Shown: positions 30,065-39,784, counted from the stretch's first letter. The stretch is 64,000 nt of DNA from an uncultured Alphaproteobacteria bacterium (GCA_902628645.1 CACONS010000003.1:1221-65220), one strand, 5' to 3'. Notes: generated by a model from the sequence alone, not told the origin. Made by a program: numbers and translations.

Positions 30065-31189
30065 TTATAATTTTAGATTTTTTATTTCTTCTTCAGTTAA
30101 TATTTCAGGTTGATTGGTAGTAGTAGACAGTTGATGATATTTATTTTCTTCAGCGGATTTTATAATTCCATCCATTATCTCTAGAACATGAAGAGATAAT
30201 TCAAGAGAACATCTTGCTTTTCGTTTATGAGATATAGAATCAATCATTTCTGAAAGACCTATTCCCCTATAATTTGCTTTTTTGTCACCATCCGCATCAC
30301 TTTTATTGGGAATACCTAATAACATGTTATCATTATTTATAGTTTCCCAATCACTATCTTTTTTGGAAATCAATAAATCACCACTAAAAAAATTTGGATC
30401 AGGAACTATCATTGAACCCTCAAGTCCATAGAGTTCAATTGTAGAGTGATTATTTTTCCAAACATCCCAAGTACAAAAAAACTGAACTTTTGCTTTGTTT
30501 TGAAACTCTAAAGAGCCCATCAGAGTTGTTGGTGTCTCAACTTTAATTTTATCACCGTATCTAGGTTGACTAGTTATTGTTCTTTCATTTGTAGCAGTGC
30601 CACTAATTGCATTTAATTGCTTTACTGGTCCAATTAAGTTTACTAATTGAGTAATGTAATAAACGCCAAGATCAAAAACAGGTCCTGCTCCAGGTTTAAA
30701 GAAAAAATCTGGGTTGGGGTGCCAATGTTCCATCCCATGAGACATTATATTAAAAGTGCCAAGAACAATTTTTCCTATTTTATTGTCTTCAATTAATTTT
30801 CTAGCTCTTTGCCCTGCTGCTCCCAGAAATGTATCTGGAGCACAACCAACATATAAACCCTTTTCATTTGCCAATTTTTGTATTTCTAAACCCTCTTGAA
30901 AATTCATTGCTAAGGGCTTTTCACTAAAACAATGTTTTCCACTAAGAAGTGATTTTGTAATTATTTCTTTATGGGCTGCAGGAATTGTTAAATTAATTAT
31001 TAAATCAATTTGATTATTTTCTAGAATTTCTTCAACAGATAAAACTTTAACATTATATTTAGATGCAGCATTTGATGCGGCATCTTTATTAATATCAGCA
31101 CAAGCAACTATTTTAAAATTGTTAAATATTTTTTGACATTCAAAATAAGTCTCAGAAATATTTCCACAGCCTATTATACCAATATTCAT
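30065..31189 (-). CDS. Gfo/Idh/MocA family NAD(P)-dependent sugar oxidoreductase
   Basis: N-terminal Rossmann GIIGCGNIS, the EKP motif (FSEKPLA), and a C-terminal alpha/beta domain. Confidence 0.8.
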   Translation of the reverse strand: MNIGIIGCGNISETYFECQKIFNNFKIVACADINKDAASNAASKYNVKVLSVEEILENNQIDLIINLTIPAAHKEIITKSLLSGKHCFSEKPLAMNFQEGLEIQKLANEKGLYVGCAPDTFLGAAGQRARKLIEDNKIGKIVLGTFNIMSHGMEHWHPNPDFFFKPGAGPVFDLGVYYITQLVNLIGPVKQLNAISGTATNERTITSQPRYGDKIKVETPTTLMGSLEFQNKAKVQFFCTWDVWKNNHSTIELYGLEGSMIVPDPNFFSGDLLISKKDSDWETINNDNMLLGIPNKSDADGDKKANYRGIGLSEMIDSISHKRKARCSLELSLHVLEIMDGIIKSAEENKYHQLSTTTNQPEILTEEEIKNLKL

Positions 31190-31962
31190 TATATATTTTC
31201 TAAATTTGCTAATGATTTAGTTGTGAATTCTTTATAATCTTTTGGATCATCATGCTCTAAAACAAATACTTCGCAAGATGTTTTCTTGACTTCAGTAATT
31301 AGTGTTTGCCAATCAATAAATCCTTCTCCAACTGCAGATTGTTCTTCATGTTCTAATAAATTTTTACTTTTATCGTAAAAATCTTTTAAGTGACATCCAA
31401 TAATTTTATTTGAATATTTATTTATCCAAGGAATAGGGTCGGCACCACCCGCAATGGTCCAGCCTAAATCAATTTCAAATTTCAATTTTTCATTATGATT
31501 CATCATACACTCTATAGGTAGCTTTCCACTTGGTAGTGGCTTGAATTCATAAGAATGATTGTGGTAACCAAGTGTTAATCCAGCATCTTCAAAAACATTT
31601 ACATAAGAGGATAATTTTTTTCCAAATTCCATCCATTCATCCTCATTCATATTAAATGTGTTTTTAAAGTCAGCATCTTTTCTTGCTGGAGGAGCAGGTA
31701 CAATAACATGTTTGATATTCATTTTACTTGCCCGATTTATGATATCACTTGGATCTATTAAAGATTCATAACTAACATGAGTAGACTTTGATGTAATATT
31801 TGATTGATCCATAATTGATTTAAATTCGTCTATATTCATTGACTCTAAGCCAAAAAGTTCAATATTAACGATACCTGAGTCTGATAAAAATTTTAGTATA
31901 CTATTATAAGGTTGAAAGTGTCTTGTAGTATAGAGTTGCATTGATATTTCTTTTTTTTCCAT
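31189..31962 (-). CDS. sugar phosphate isomerase/epimerase (xylose isomerase-like TIM barrel)
   Basis: E-D-H-E metal-site pattern (GYHNHSYEF, EIDLGW, CHLKD, VLEHD). Shares nucleotide 31189 with the downstream gene. Confidence 0.7.
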   Translation of the reverse strand: MEKKEISMQLYTTRHFQPYNSILKFLSDSGIVNIELFGLESMNIDEFKSIMDQSNITSKSTHVSYESLIDPSDIINRASKMNIKHVIVPAPPARKDADFKNTFNMNEDEWMEFGKKLSSYVNVFEDAGLTLGYHNHSYEFKPLPSGKLPIECMMNHNEKLKFEIDLGWTIAGGADPIPWINKYSNKIIGCHLKDFYDKSKNLLEHEEQSAVGEGFIDWQTLITEVKKTSCEVFVLEHDDPKDYKEFTTKSLANLENI

Positions 31963-31977
31963 TTTAAATTTTCTCCA

Positions 31978-32937
31978 TTAATTTAAATTTAACCAGTTTA
32001 TTTCTTCTTTATTTAATTCTATTTCTAAACAAGGAAGAGTGGTATCCAACTCACTAATTGATCTAGGGCCTATTAATGCAAAGGATGGAAAAGATTGGCT
32101 TAATGTCCAACTTGCTGCAATATTATTTGCAGAGCATCCTTTTTTTTCTGCTAATTCTCTAGCTCTTTTTTTTCTTTCCTTATTATCGTCACTATCATAA
32201 CAACTTATAGGTCCACTAGAATTTTCACCTGGTTTTCTCCAGGATGACTCAGCCTTTGTAATTTTTTTTTCTATTTCTTTTGTAATGTTATCATCTAAAA
32301 AATATCCTCTAGCTTGGCTTGACCATGACATATGGGATTTTTGAGTAGTCTTAAGATAATTTAATATTTCATTATCATTTGATGATAAACAACCATTCCA
32401 AAGTGGATTAATCATTTTGGCAAGAGCTAAATTGTTATTTAATATAGACATTTCTTGTTTATTGTTTTTTTGTGCCCAATCATTTCCCTTTTTGAATCTT
32501 TCAATAGTCCAATTAGAACCTCCAAATATTTTAATTCTCCCTTTTTCTTTTTCTTCATTCAAAACATCAATAAACTCATCAACTGGATAATCATTATTAT
32601 CTCGATGCATAATATAAATGTCCACATAATCTGTTTTCATTCTTTCAAGAGAAATAGTTAACTGTTTTGAGATAGATTCAGGGTTGCAATCAGGTGTGTG
32701 AGCACCTTTACCCAAAATTAGAATATCATCTCTATTATTATTATTTGTCAGCCATTGTCCTAAAACTTTTTCATGGTTGCCACCGCCATAAATAAACGCC
32801 GTATCAAACATATTTCCACCAACTTCAATCCAATGATCCCATAACTTAGAAGCCTCATTGATATCATCTTGGTTATCACATCCCATTACAAGTTTAGAAA
32901 TGTTCTTATCTATTCCTTCTATTTTATCGTATTTCAT
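31978..32937 (-). CDS. aldo/keto reductase
   Basis: FDTAFIYGGG.HE..LG, VDIYIMHR, IFGGSNW: the AKR catalytic Asp/Tyr/Lys/His scaffold pattern. Confidence 0.8.
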   Translation of the reverse strand: MKYDKIEGIDKNISKLVMGCDNQDDINEASKLWDHWIEVGGNMFDTAFIYGGGNHEKVLGQWLTNNNNRDDILILGKGAHTPDCNPESISKQLTISLERMKTDYVDIYIMHRDNNDYPVDEFIDVLNEEKEKGRIKIFGGSNWTIERFKKGNDWAQKNNKQEMSILNNNLALAKMINPLWNGCLSSNDNEILNYLKTTQKSHMSWSSQARGYFLDDNITKEIEKKITKAESSWRKPGENSSGPISCYDSDDNKERKKRARELAEKKGCSANNIAASWTLSQSFPSFALIGPRSISELDTTLPCLEIELNKEEINWLNLN

Positions 32938-33989
32938 TTTTCATCCTGTGGTAGCTTATAATTTACTTTCTGTCTCCAGATATCAAGAGCTTTAAGATTT
33001 CCTAATGTATCTTCCCAAGTCATTGCTGGATGAGGAGGTTCAGTTTTTTCTTTTGCAATGCATTGGCTAGCAAGTTCTCCTTCAAAGAAAAAAAGGTGTT
33101 CAGGTCCTTTGACATCGACTGTTTCTTCATTTTTACTTTTATTTTTATTTTTATTTATAATAATTTTTGCATGATATGGACCACCATCTCTACCAGGCAT
33201 CCAAGGATCTGGTAATTCAATTTTACCCTCTGAACCAATAATAATTGCATTATTTTTCATTGTTTCTCTAATGGCTGTAGATACTTTAGCTTTTATACCA
33301 TTTTTAAATTCTAAATTTGCATGAGCAATTTCATCAACTCCTGTTTCCCCTATTTTTGCTTCAGCATCTAAAAATTTTGGTTCTGAAAATTTATCTCCTA
33401 TTGCTACTCCTGCTATTAGTCTAGAAAAAGAAATTGGATATAGTCCAACATCAAGTATACCACCACCTGCTAAATTTTTATCAAATAACCTGTGATCACG
33501 TATTGTCTTACCCATATCAAAACCAAAAGAGGTTTCAATAGATATTACATCTCCTATCATTTTTTTTTTAATTATCTCAACTAGTTTTGGAATTTGTGGA
33601 TGACAACGATACATAAAACCCTCCATGTAAAATACGCCAGCTTCTCTTACAACATCAATAATTTTCTTTCCTTCATTAAAATTTATAGCTCCAGGTTTCT
33701 CACAAAGAATGTGTTTGCCTTTTCCAGCTGCTTTTATCGTCCATTCAGCATGTAAGTTATGGGGTGTAGAAATATAAATTGCATCTATGTGCTCTGAATT
33801 TATAATATCTTCATATGAATCAAATCTAAAGTCAGGATGAATATCATATTTGTCACCAAAAGTTTTTCTACGATCTTCACTTTTACTTGCTATACTTACT
33901 AATTGCCCTGAGTAGGAACCTTTCAATCCATCAGCAAAATTGTTTGCTATATTTCCAGGCCCAATTATTCCCCATCTAATCTTTTCCAT
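32934..33989 (-). CDS. Gfo/Idh/MocA family oxidoreductase (dimeric dihydrodiol / sugar 1-dehydrogenase-like)
   Basis: WGIIGPGNIA Rossmann motif, the CEKP motif, and GGGILDVGLYP. Confidence 0.8.
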   Translation of the reverse strand: MEKIRWGIIGPGNIANNFADGLKGSYSGQLVSIASKSEDRRKTFGDKYDIHPDFRFDSYEDIINSEHIDAIYISTPHNLHAEWTIKAAGKGKHILCEKPGAINFNEGKKIIDVVREAGVFYMEGFMYRCHPQIPKLVEIIKKKMIGDVISIETSFGFDMGKTIRDHRLFDKNLAGGGILDVGLYPISFSRLIAGVAIGDKFSEPKFLDAEAKIGETGVDEIAHANLEFKNGIKAKVSTAIRETMKNNAIIIGSEGKIELPDPWMPGRDGGPYHAKIIINKNKNKSKNEETVDVKGPEHLFFFEGELASQCIAKEKTEPPHPAMTWEDTLGNLKALDIWRQKVNYKLPQDEK

Positions 33990-34010
33990 TTCAATTTTTG
34001 TTTTTGCAAT

Positions 34011-35075
34011 CTAATTAATGACTGCTTTAAATTCTCCAGATTTGTATTTACTAGCCATTGCACCTAAAGAAATTGAATTAATAGAAGAAGCATTTCCTGC
34101 GGTTCCAAATTCTTGTAATCTACTTTTAACAACATCTTTCATAGCATCTTTAGAAAGTAATAAATATTTGCGAGGATCAAATTGTGAAGGATTTTCATAG
34201 AAATATTTTCTTACTGCAGCAGTGGCGGCTAATCTTAAATCAGTATCTACGTTAACTTTTCTTACACCATGTTTTATACCCTCTTGAATTTCGGAAACTG
34301 GCACTCCGTATGTCTCTTTTATCTTGCCTCCGTACTCATTAATAGTTTTTATTAAATCTTGTGGAACCGAGGATGAACCATGCATAACTAAATGTGTATT
34401 GGGAAGTCTTGCATGTATTTCTTTTATTCTATCTATTGCTAAAATATCTCCAGTTGGAGGTCTGGAAAATTTATAAGCTCCGTGGCTTGTACCAATAGCA
34501 ATTGCTAATGCATCAACATTTGTAGCTTTAACAAAATCTGAAGCTTCATTAGGATCGGTTAATAGCTGGTCATGATCAAGTTTACCTTCGGCACCAACAC
34601 CATCTTCTTTTTCGCCTGTTCCTGTCTCTAAAGAGCCTAAACAACCTATCTCCCCTTCAACTGAAACTCCTAATGCATGAGCCATATCAGTTGTTTCTTT
34701 AGTAACTCTTACATTATATTCAAAATCGGAAGGTGTTTTTTGATCATCTAATAATGAACCATCCATCATCACAGATGTAAAACCAAGTTCTATACAGTTT
34801 TTACAGTCTTTTGGAGAGCCGCCATGGTCTTGGTGCAAAACTGTTGGAATTTCTGTAAATTCATCCATTGCTGCTTCAACTAGTTTTTTCACAAAGATTG
34901 GTCCAGCATATTTTCTTGCAGCACCTGAAGCTTGAAGTATTACGGGACTATTCAATTCTTTAGCTCCTTCCATTATAGCTCTAATTGCTTCCAAATTATT
35001 TACATTGAATGCAGGTACACCATAATTATTTTCTGCTGCGTGATCTAAAAGTTGTCTAAGAGAAATTAAGGACAT
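34011..35075 (-). CDS. fba: class II fructose-bisphosphate aldolase (354-aa CbbA/long type)
   Basis: [28 protein letters not shown]-terminus, LHQDHG, and the GTSHGAYKF...HGSS zinc/cation site pattern. Confidence 0.93.
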   Translation of the reverse strand: MSLISLRQLLDHAAENNYGVPAFNVNNLEAIRAIMEGAKELNSPVILQASGAARKYAGPIFVKKLVEAAMDEFTEIPTVLHQDHGGSPKDCKNCIELGFTSVMMDGSLLDDQKTPSDFEYNVRVTKETTDMAHALGVSVEGEIGCLGSLETGTGEKEDGVGAEGKLDHDQLLTDPNEASDFVKATNVDALAIAIGTSHGAYKFSRPPTGDILAIDRIKEIHARLPNTHLVMHGSSSVPQDLIKTINEYGGKIKETYGVPVSEIQEGIKHGVRKVNVDTDLRLAATAAVRKYFYENPSQFDPRKYLLLSKDAMKDVVKSRLQEFGTAGNASSINSISLGAMASKYKSGEFKAVIN

Positions 35076-35113
35076 TGAGTACTTTTATATTTTAAGAATT
35101 TAATTGCAACTAA

Positions 35114-35965
35114 TTATCCTTTTACTGCTCCAAATGTTAATCCTTGGATAAATTGTCTTTGCAATATAAAGAACATGATTACAGGAGGTAATGCCGCCAC
35201 AACAGATCCCGCTGAAACTAAGTTCCAAGCTGTGGTCCATTGACCTCTTAATACATCTAAACCAACAGTTATAGGTTTAACAGTATCTCCCTGTGTTAAA
35301 ATTAATGCCCAAAAATAATCGTTCCAAATAAAAGTAAATTCTAAAACGCCTAGTGCTGCAAGAGCAGGTATTGTTAATGGAATAATTATTTTTCTATAAA
35401 TCGTCCACTCAGTTGCTCCATCAGCTCTAGCAGCTTCAATAAGTTCAAAAGGTAGTTCTTTAATGAAATTTCTTAAAAAGAAAGTGCAAAAACCTGTCTG
35501 AAAAGCAATATGGAAAATAATTAAACCTAAATGACTATTATACATACCTAATTCAATTGATATACTTCTAACAGGTATCATAAGTATTTGATATGGAACA
35601 AAATTTCCTGCTATAAACATTGCAAATACCAACAAGTTTAATTTGAATCGATGCATAGCAAGTGAATAACCTGCAAGAGAACTCAAAAATAAAGTTCCTA
35701 TTACTGTTGGGATTGTAATAATAAGACTATTAAGGAAAAAACCTGCCATTTTTCCATCTGCAAATACTTCAGCATAATTAGAGATAAACGCTGTTTCTTT
35801 TGGAAAAGTCCAGTAATTACCTGCAAGAACATCATCAAAAGTTCTAATGGAAGTAAGCATAACAGCAATTAATGGTAATAACCAAATTACAAGAGTGATA
35901 ACAAGTATAACTCTATATCCTATATTAATTTTTAAAGAATAATTTTGAATTGGAGTTGGAAACAT
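35114..35965 (-). CDS. carbohydrate ABC transporter permease (CUT1, MalG/UgpE-like)
   Basis: Six TM helices and the EAA loop EAARADGATEWTIYRKIIIP. Confidence 0.88.
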   Translation of the reverse strand: MFPTPIQNYSLKINIGYRVILVITLVIWLLPLIAVMLTSIRTFDDVLAGNYWTFPKETAFISNYAEVFADGKMAGFFLNSLIITIPTVIGTLFLSSLAGYSLAMHRFKLNLLVFAMFIAGNFVPYQILMIPVRSISIELGMYNSHLGLIIFHIAFQTGFCTFFLRNFIKELPFELIEAARADGATEWTIYRKIIIPLTIPALAALGVLEFTFIWNDYFWALILTQGDTVKPITVGLDVLRGQWTTAWNLVSAGSVVAALPPVIMFFILQRQFIQGLTFGAVKG

Positions 35966-36879
35966 TATTTTTCTGAACTTTCATTTTTGAATAAACGATA
36001 TAAGAACCATGCAATATAAATATCCATTATTAAAAAAAGTATGGTAGCTATAGCTGCACCATATCCCATTCTGTAATTAAATAATGCCTCTTGATACATC
36101 TTATATGCTAAAACTTCTGAACTCCCCCAAGGACCACCAGCTGTCATAACAGCAATTAAATCAAATGCTCTGAGTGCACCAACTAGTGTTACAACAATTG
36201 CAATTAGAGTTGCTGCTCTTAATTGTGGTAATACAACGTGCCATAACATTGTCAATCCAGAAGCTCCATCTATTCTTCCAGCTTCAATCATTTCACGACT
36301 TACCCCAGTTAAACCAGTAATATACAATATCATTGTGTAAGCTATCCCTGGAAAAAATGATGCTATAATGATTCCATAAGTTGCTAAATTTTCATCTGCT
36401 AAAAAAGGTATTGGGTCTATACCAAAAAAACTCAATACATATGCTAAAGCTCCATATTTAGGATTATAAAACCACGTAAATATAACTCCTATAACAACAG
36501 CATTTATTACAAAAGGAAAATAAAATAATGATTTAATATATCTTATACCTAAAATTTTCTGATTAACAAAAAGAGCAAGTGCCAAGCCAATGGGAATAGC
36601 AAGTAAACTGAAAATTAACCATCTGATATTATTAAAAAGAGAAACATAAAACTCATCATCATCAGTGAATAAAGTTATATAATTTTTAAAACCAACAAAC
36701 TCCCAGTTAGGCTTTCCATTACCTCTCACTCCATCTTTGTCCATTCCATTCCACTCATGAAAACTAACCCAAATAGAATCAAAAATAGGATAAATTACAT
36801 AAATTAAAAAAATAAAGATTGCTGGAGCAAGAAAAAGAAATGGGGCTAATTTTAACTGATTACGTTCCCAAAAAGTCAT
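35965..36879 (-). CDS. carbohydrate ABC transporter permease (CUT1, MalF/UgpA-like)
   Basis: Six TM helices and the EAA loop EAGRIDGASGLTMLWHVVLPQL. 1-nt overlap with the next permease gene. Confidence 0.88.
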   Translation of the reverse strand: MTFWERNQLKLAPFLFLAPAIFIFLIYVIYPIFDSIWVSFHEWNGMDKDGVRGNGKPNWEFVGFKNYITLFTDDDEFYVSLFNNIRWLIFSLLAIPIGLALALFVNQKILGIRYIKSLFYFPFVINAVVIGVIFTWFYNPKYGALAYVLSFFGIDPIPFLADENLATYGIIIASFFPGIAYTMILYITGLTGVSREMIEAGRIDGASGLTMLWHVVLPQLRAATLIAIVVTLVGALRAFDLIAVMTAGGPWGSSEVLAYKMYQEALFNYRMGYGAAIATILFLIMDIYIAWFLYRLFKNESSEK

Positions 36880-36937
36880 TTAATTATAATATCTCTTCTT
36901 ATTTAGTTTAATAATATTAAATTTTAATAATAGAAAA

Positions 36938-36967
36938 ATAGAGGTGTAAAGAAAGTTACACCTCTAT
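36938..36967 (-). terminator. intercistronic stem-loop / partial terminator between binding-protein and permease genes
   Basis: Perfect 12-bp stem ATAGAGGTGTAA-(6 nt)-TTACACCTCTAT. On the minus transcript it is followed by UUUUCUAUUAUU. It starts 12 nt after the binding-protein stop. Confidence 0.5.
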
Positions 36968-36979
36968 TTAATATTTAAC

Positions 36980-38200
36980 TTATAATGCTCCGTGAATTCT
37001 AGCTCTTTCTTTTTCTAGTCGAGCTCTAATCTTATCTTCACGGTCAGGTTTAACCATAAACTCTTGGAAACCTTCCATTGCTGCACTTGCCATATCTGGA
37101 TTTGAATCTCTATCCCAGAATTGAGCAATATCATCAGCAGCTGCAAGCATTTTTGCACCCATTATTGAAAATCTATTTTCAGGTTTTGGAGCATTTTTGT
37201 TAGGACTTAACATACCTGCAATTTTTGCCCATTCCCCAGCTGCGTTTGCATTTGACATAAATGCTAAGAATTTTTTTGCATCCTCTACATTTTTAGCACC
37301 TGCAGGAATATGCATAGTGTCAGTGGGTGCATCTTCAGCTACACCTACACCTTCATTTATTGTAGGGAACTGGAAGAAGTCCATTTGATCACCTATACCA
37401 GCAGCTTCAAAAGTTGGTACGTAAAAATTACCAATTAAATACATAGCAGCTTCACCATTAATTTGTGGCGCTTGTGCATCTTGCCATGAAAAAGAAGCGT
37501 GATCTTCAAGGAAGTATCCTGGATCAATTAATTCTCTCCAGTGATCAAATACAGCGTCTAATCTTGGATCTTCATAACTTACTTTACCAGCGGTTAAATC
37601 CATATGGAATTGGTATCCATTAATTCTTAAATTTAAGTAGTCAAACCACCCGCCTGCAGTCCAAAGAAATTTAGTACCTATAGTAATTGGTGTAATGCCA
37701 TTCTTTTTGAGCATTGCACACACCCATTTAAATTCTTCCCAATCTTTTGGAACATTTAAGCCCAGTTGATCAAAAAGATCTTTTCTGTAGTACACACCCC
37801 ATTGGTAGTAACCCCAAGGAACACCATATTGTTTTCCGTCTACAGTTAAAGAACCTTTAGTTGATGCCATTAAATCATTTAATCCTGCATCGTCCCAAAC
37901 ATCACTAACATCCATGAATAAATTTTGATCAACAAAAAATTTCATTCTGTTTCCAGCAAACCAAATTGCTACGTCTGGAGACTCAGCAGTAAGAAAGTTT
38001 CTTATTGCTGTCTTATAAGCTTCGTGTTCAAATTCATTTACAACAACTGTTACTTCTGGATGAGCAGCTTTAAATGCTTCAACATATGAGTTGAAACCTG
38101 CCATTGAGGACTCACCTGACTGGTTAGAATTAATAACTAATGTACCAGCAGAGGCTATAGTTGAGGTAAATAAAATTACTAAAGTTAATAATTTTTTCAT
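36980..38200 (-). CDS. carbohydrate ABC transporter periplasmic substrate-binding protein (CUT1)
   Basis: Signal peptide MKKLLTLVILFTSTIASAGT and a Trp/Tyr-rich family 1 solute-binding domain. I place the start at ATG 38200, preceded by GGAGGAAAA. The ORF-track start at 38233 adds 11 residues upstream of the Shine-Dalgarno sequence. Confidence 0.88.
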   Translation of the reverse strand: MKKLLTLVILFTSTIASAGTLVINSNQSGESSMAGFNSYVEAFKAAHPEVTVVVNEFEHEAYKTAIRNFLTAESPDVAIWFAGNRMKFFVDQNLFMDVSDVWDDAGLNDLMASTKGSLTVDGKQYGVPWGYYQWGVYYRKDLFDQLGLNVPKDWEEFKWVCAMLKKNGITPITIGTKFLWTAGGWFDYLNLRINGYQFHMDLTAGKVSYEDPRLDAVFDHWRELIDPGYFLEDHASFSWQDAQAPQINGEAAMYLIGNFYVPTFEAAGIGDQMDFFQFPTINEGVGVAEDAPTDTMHIPAGAKNVEDAKKFLAFMSNANAAGEWAKIAGMLSPNKNAPKPENRFSIMGAKMLAAADDIAQFWDRDSNPDMASAAMEGFQEFMVKPDREDKIRARLEKERARIHGAL

Positions 38201-38279
38201 TTTTCCTCCAAAATTAATAACTTTTAGTAACATATCGATATATTTTTAAAATACTTAATTTAAATTAATAATGAAAATT

Positions 38280-38356
38280 TGGTGGGCCCTCAGGGACTTG
38301 AACCCCGGACCACCCCGTTATGAGCGGGGCGCTCTAACCAACTGAGCTAAGAGCCC
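38280..38356 (-). tRNA. tRNA with CAT anticodon (elongator Met or, more likely, lysidine-modified Ile2)
   Basis: The minus strand folds as a 77-nt cloverleaf: GGGCUCU/AGGGCCC acceptor, CCCCG-CUCAUAA-CGGGG anticodon arm, GGUUCAAGUCC T-arm, encoded CCA. The G1-C72 pair and absence of the GGG/CCC anticodon stem argue against an initiator. Confidence 0.9.
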
Positions 38357-38419
38357 TAAAAAGCCTTATATACAAAAAAAAATTTAGTAATATGGTTTTT
38401 TTTATTATACATAAATTTA

Positions 38420-39784
38420 ATGACTAAGCTAACTATTATTGGTGCAGGTAGTGCTGTATTTACAAAAAATATAGTAACTGACATTTTATCAATTAATAAT
38501 TTTAAGAAAATAGAGATTGCTCTTCATGATATAAATCCTGTTCGACTAAAAGCATCACATGAATTACTTAATATAATTTCTAAAAAACTAGAAGCTTCTC
38601 CAATAATTACATCTCATACTAATAGAAAAGAGTCTTTAAAAGGATCAGATTTTGTTCAAACTACAATTCAAGTTGGTGGCTATAATCCATCTACAATTAT
38701 TGATTTTAAAATTCCAAATGAATTTGGTTTGAAGCAAACCATAGCAGACACTCTAGGTATCGGTGGAATAATGAGAGGGCTGAGGACAATTCCCGTACTA
38801 CTTGATATTGCAAAAGATATAATGGAAATTTGTCCGAAAGCTATATGGTTACAATACGTTAATCCTATGTGTTCAAATATGATTGCAATCAATAAAGCAT
38901 TTCCAGAACTTAAAGTAATGGGTTTATGTCATTCAGTACAAGGAACTGCTGAAATGTTAGCAAAAGATTTAAATGAAGATATTAACAACATTGAATATTT
39001 GTGTGCTGGAATAAATCATATGGCTTTTTATAAGAAATTTGAAAAAAAAATTGATGGAAAATCTAATGAGGATTTATATCCAAAATTAAAAATATTAGCT
39101 GATAAAATTTTGAATAATGAAGCAGAATCTTCAAGAAGTAATAAAGTTGATAACGAGTCAAACAAAATTCTCTATGAAAAAGTAAGATATGAAATCTTAA
39201 AAAGATTTGGATACTTTGTTACTGAATCAAGTGAACATTTTGCAGAATATGTCCCTTGGTTTATTAAGAAAAATAGAGATGATATAATTGAAAAATATAA
39301 AATTCCTATTGAGGAGTATATTGATAGATGTGAGAACAATGTTAGATTATGGAATGATTTGGAAAAGGATATGTCTCCAATTTATGATCAGCCACTTAGA
39401 AGGAGTAACGAATATGCTTCCTATATTATTGATGGAATATTAAATGGAAGTGAAATTACAATAAACGCAAACATAATGAATGAAGGTTATATAGATAATC
39501 TCCCATCAAATTGTTGTGTAGAAGTTCCTTGCACTATTAATTCTAATGGGATTAAACCTCAAAAAATAGGAAAATTACCTGAGCAATTAGCTGCTTTAAT
39601 GAGAACAAACATAAATGTTCAAATACTTACTGCGGAAGCTGCACTTACTAAAAAAAGAGAGCATATTTATCATGCGGCTATGCTTGATCCCTTAACAGGT
39701 GCAAATTTAACAATAGATGAAATATATGATATGACTGATAAAATGATTGAAGCACATGGAAACTACTTACCTAAATATTATTAA
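38420..39784 (+). CDS. glycoside hydrolase family 4 (NAD+/Mn2+-dependent; MelA-like alpha-galactosidase/alpha-glucosidase)
   Basis: N-terminal IIGAGSAVFTKN dinucleotide fold, the GLCHSVQGT motif shared with MelA/AglA, and NHMAF. Confidence 0.82.
   Translation: MTKLTIIGAGSAVFTKNIVTDILSINNFKKIEIALHDINPVRLKASHELLNIISKKLEASPIITSHTNRKESLKGSDFVQTTIQVGGYNPSTIIDFKIPNEFGLKQTIADTLGIGGIMRGLRTIPVLLDIAKDIMEICPKAIWLQYVNPMCSNMIAINKAFPELKVMGLCHSVQGTAEMLAKDLNEDINNIEYLCAGINHMAFYKKFEKKIDGKSNEDLYPKLKILADKILNNEAESSRSNKVDNESNKILYEKVRYEILKRFGYFVTESSEHFAEYVPWFIKKNRDDIIEKYKIPIEEYIDRCENNVRLWNDLEKDMSPIYDQPLRRSNEYASYIIDGILNGSEITINANIMNEGYIDNLPSNCCVEVPCTINSNGIKPQKIGKLPEQLAALMRTNINVQILTAEAALTKKREHIYHAAMLDPLTGANLTIDEIYDMTDKMIEAHGNYLPKYY

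Noticed and set aside
34011-35075. The aldolase as an IolJ/tagatose-bisphosphate-type pathway-specific aldolase
   Set aside because: Its length (354 aa) and N-terminus match the long CbbA/housekeeping class II FBA type rather than the shorter IolJ/GatY type. I kept it as fba, although its operon context is noted in the findings.
34011-38200. Higher GC (about 33-43% versus about 20% in the mur genes) of fba and the binding-protein gene as evidence of horizontal transfer
   Set aside because: The conserved ftsZ core reaches a similar or higher GC content. The difference is explained by Ala/Gly/Trp-rich, conserved and probably highly expressed proteins, not by foreign origin.
38201-38233. 11-codon N-terminal extension of the sugar-binding protein
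   Set aside because: GGAGG lies inside the extension, at the right distance from ATG 38200. The signal peptide starts at MKKLL.
38280-38356. The tRNA as the attachment site of an integrated genomic island carrying the sugar genes
   Set aside because: I found no integrase, no phage or plasmid genes, and no direct repeat of the tRNA 3' end at either edge of the locus (around 30040 or 40611). Variability of the locus can only be tested by genome comparison.
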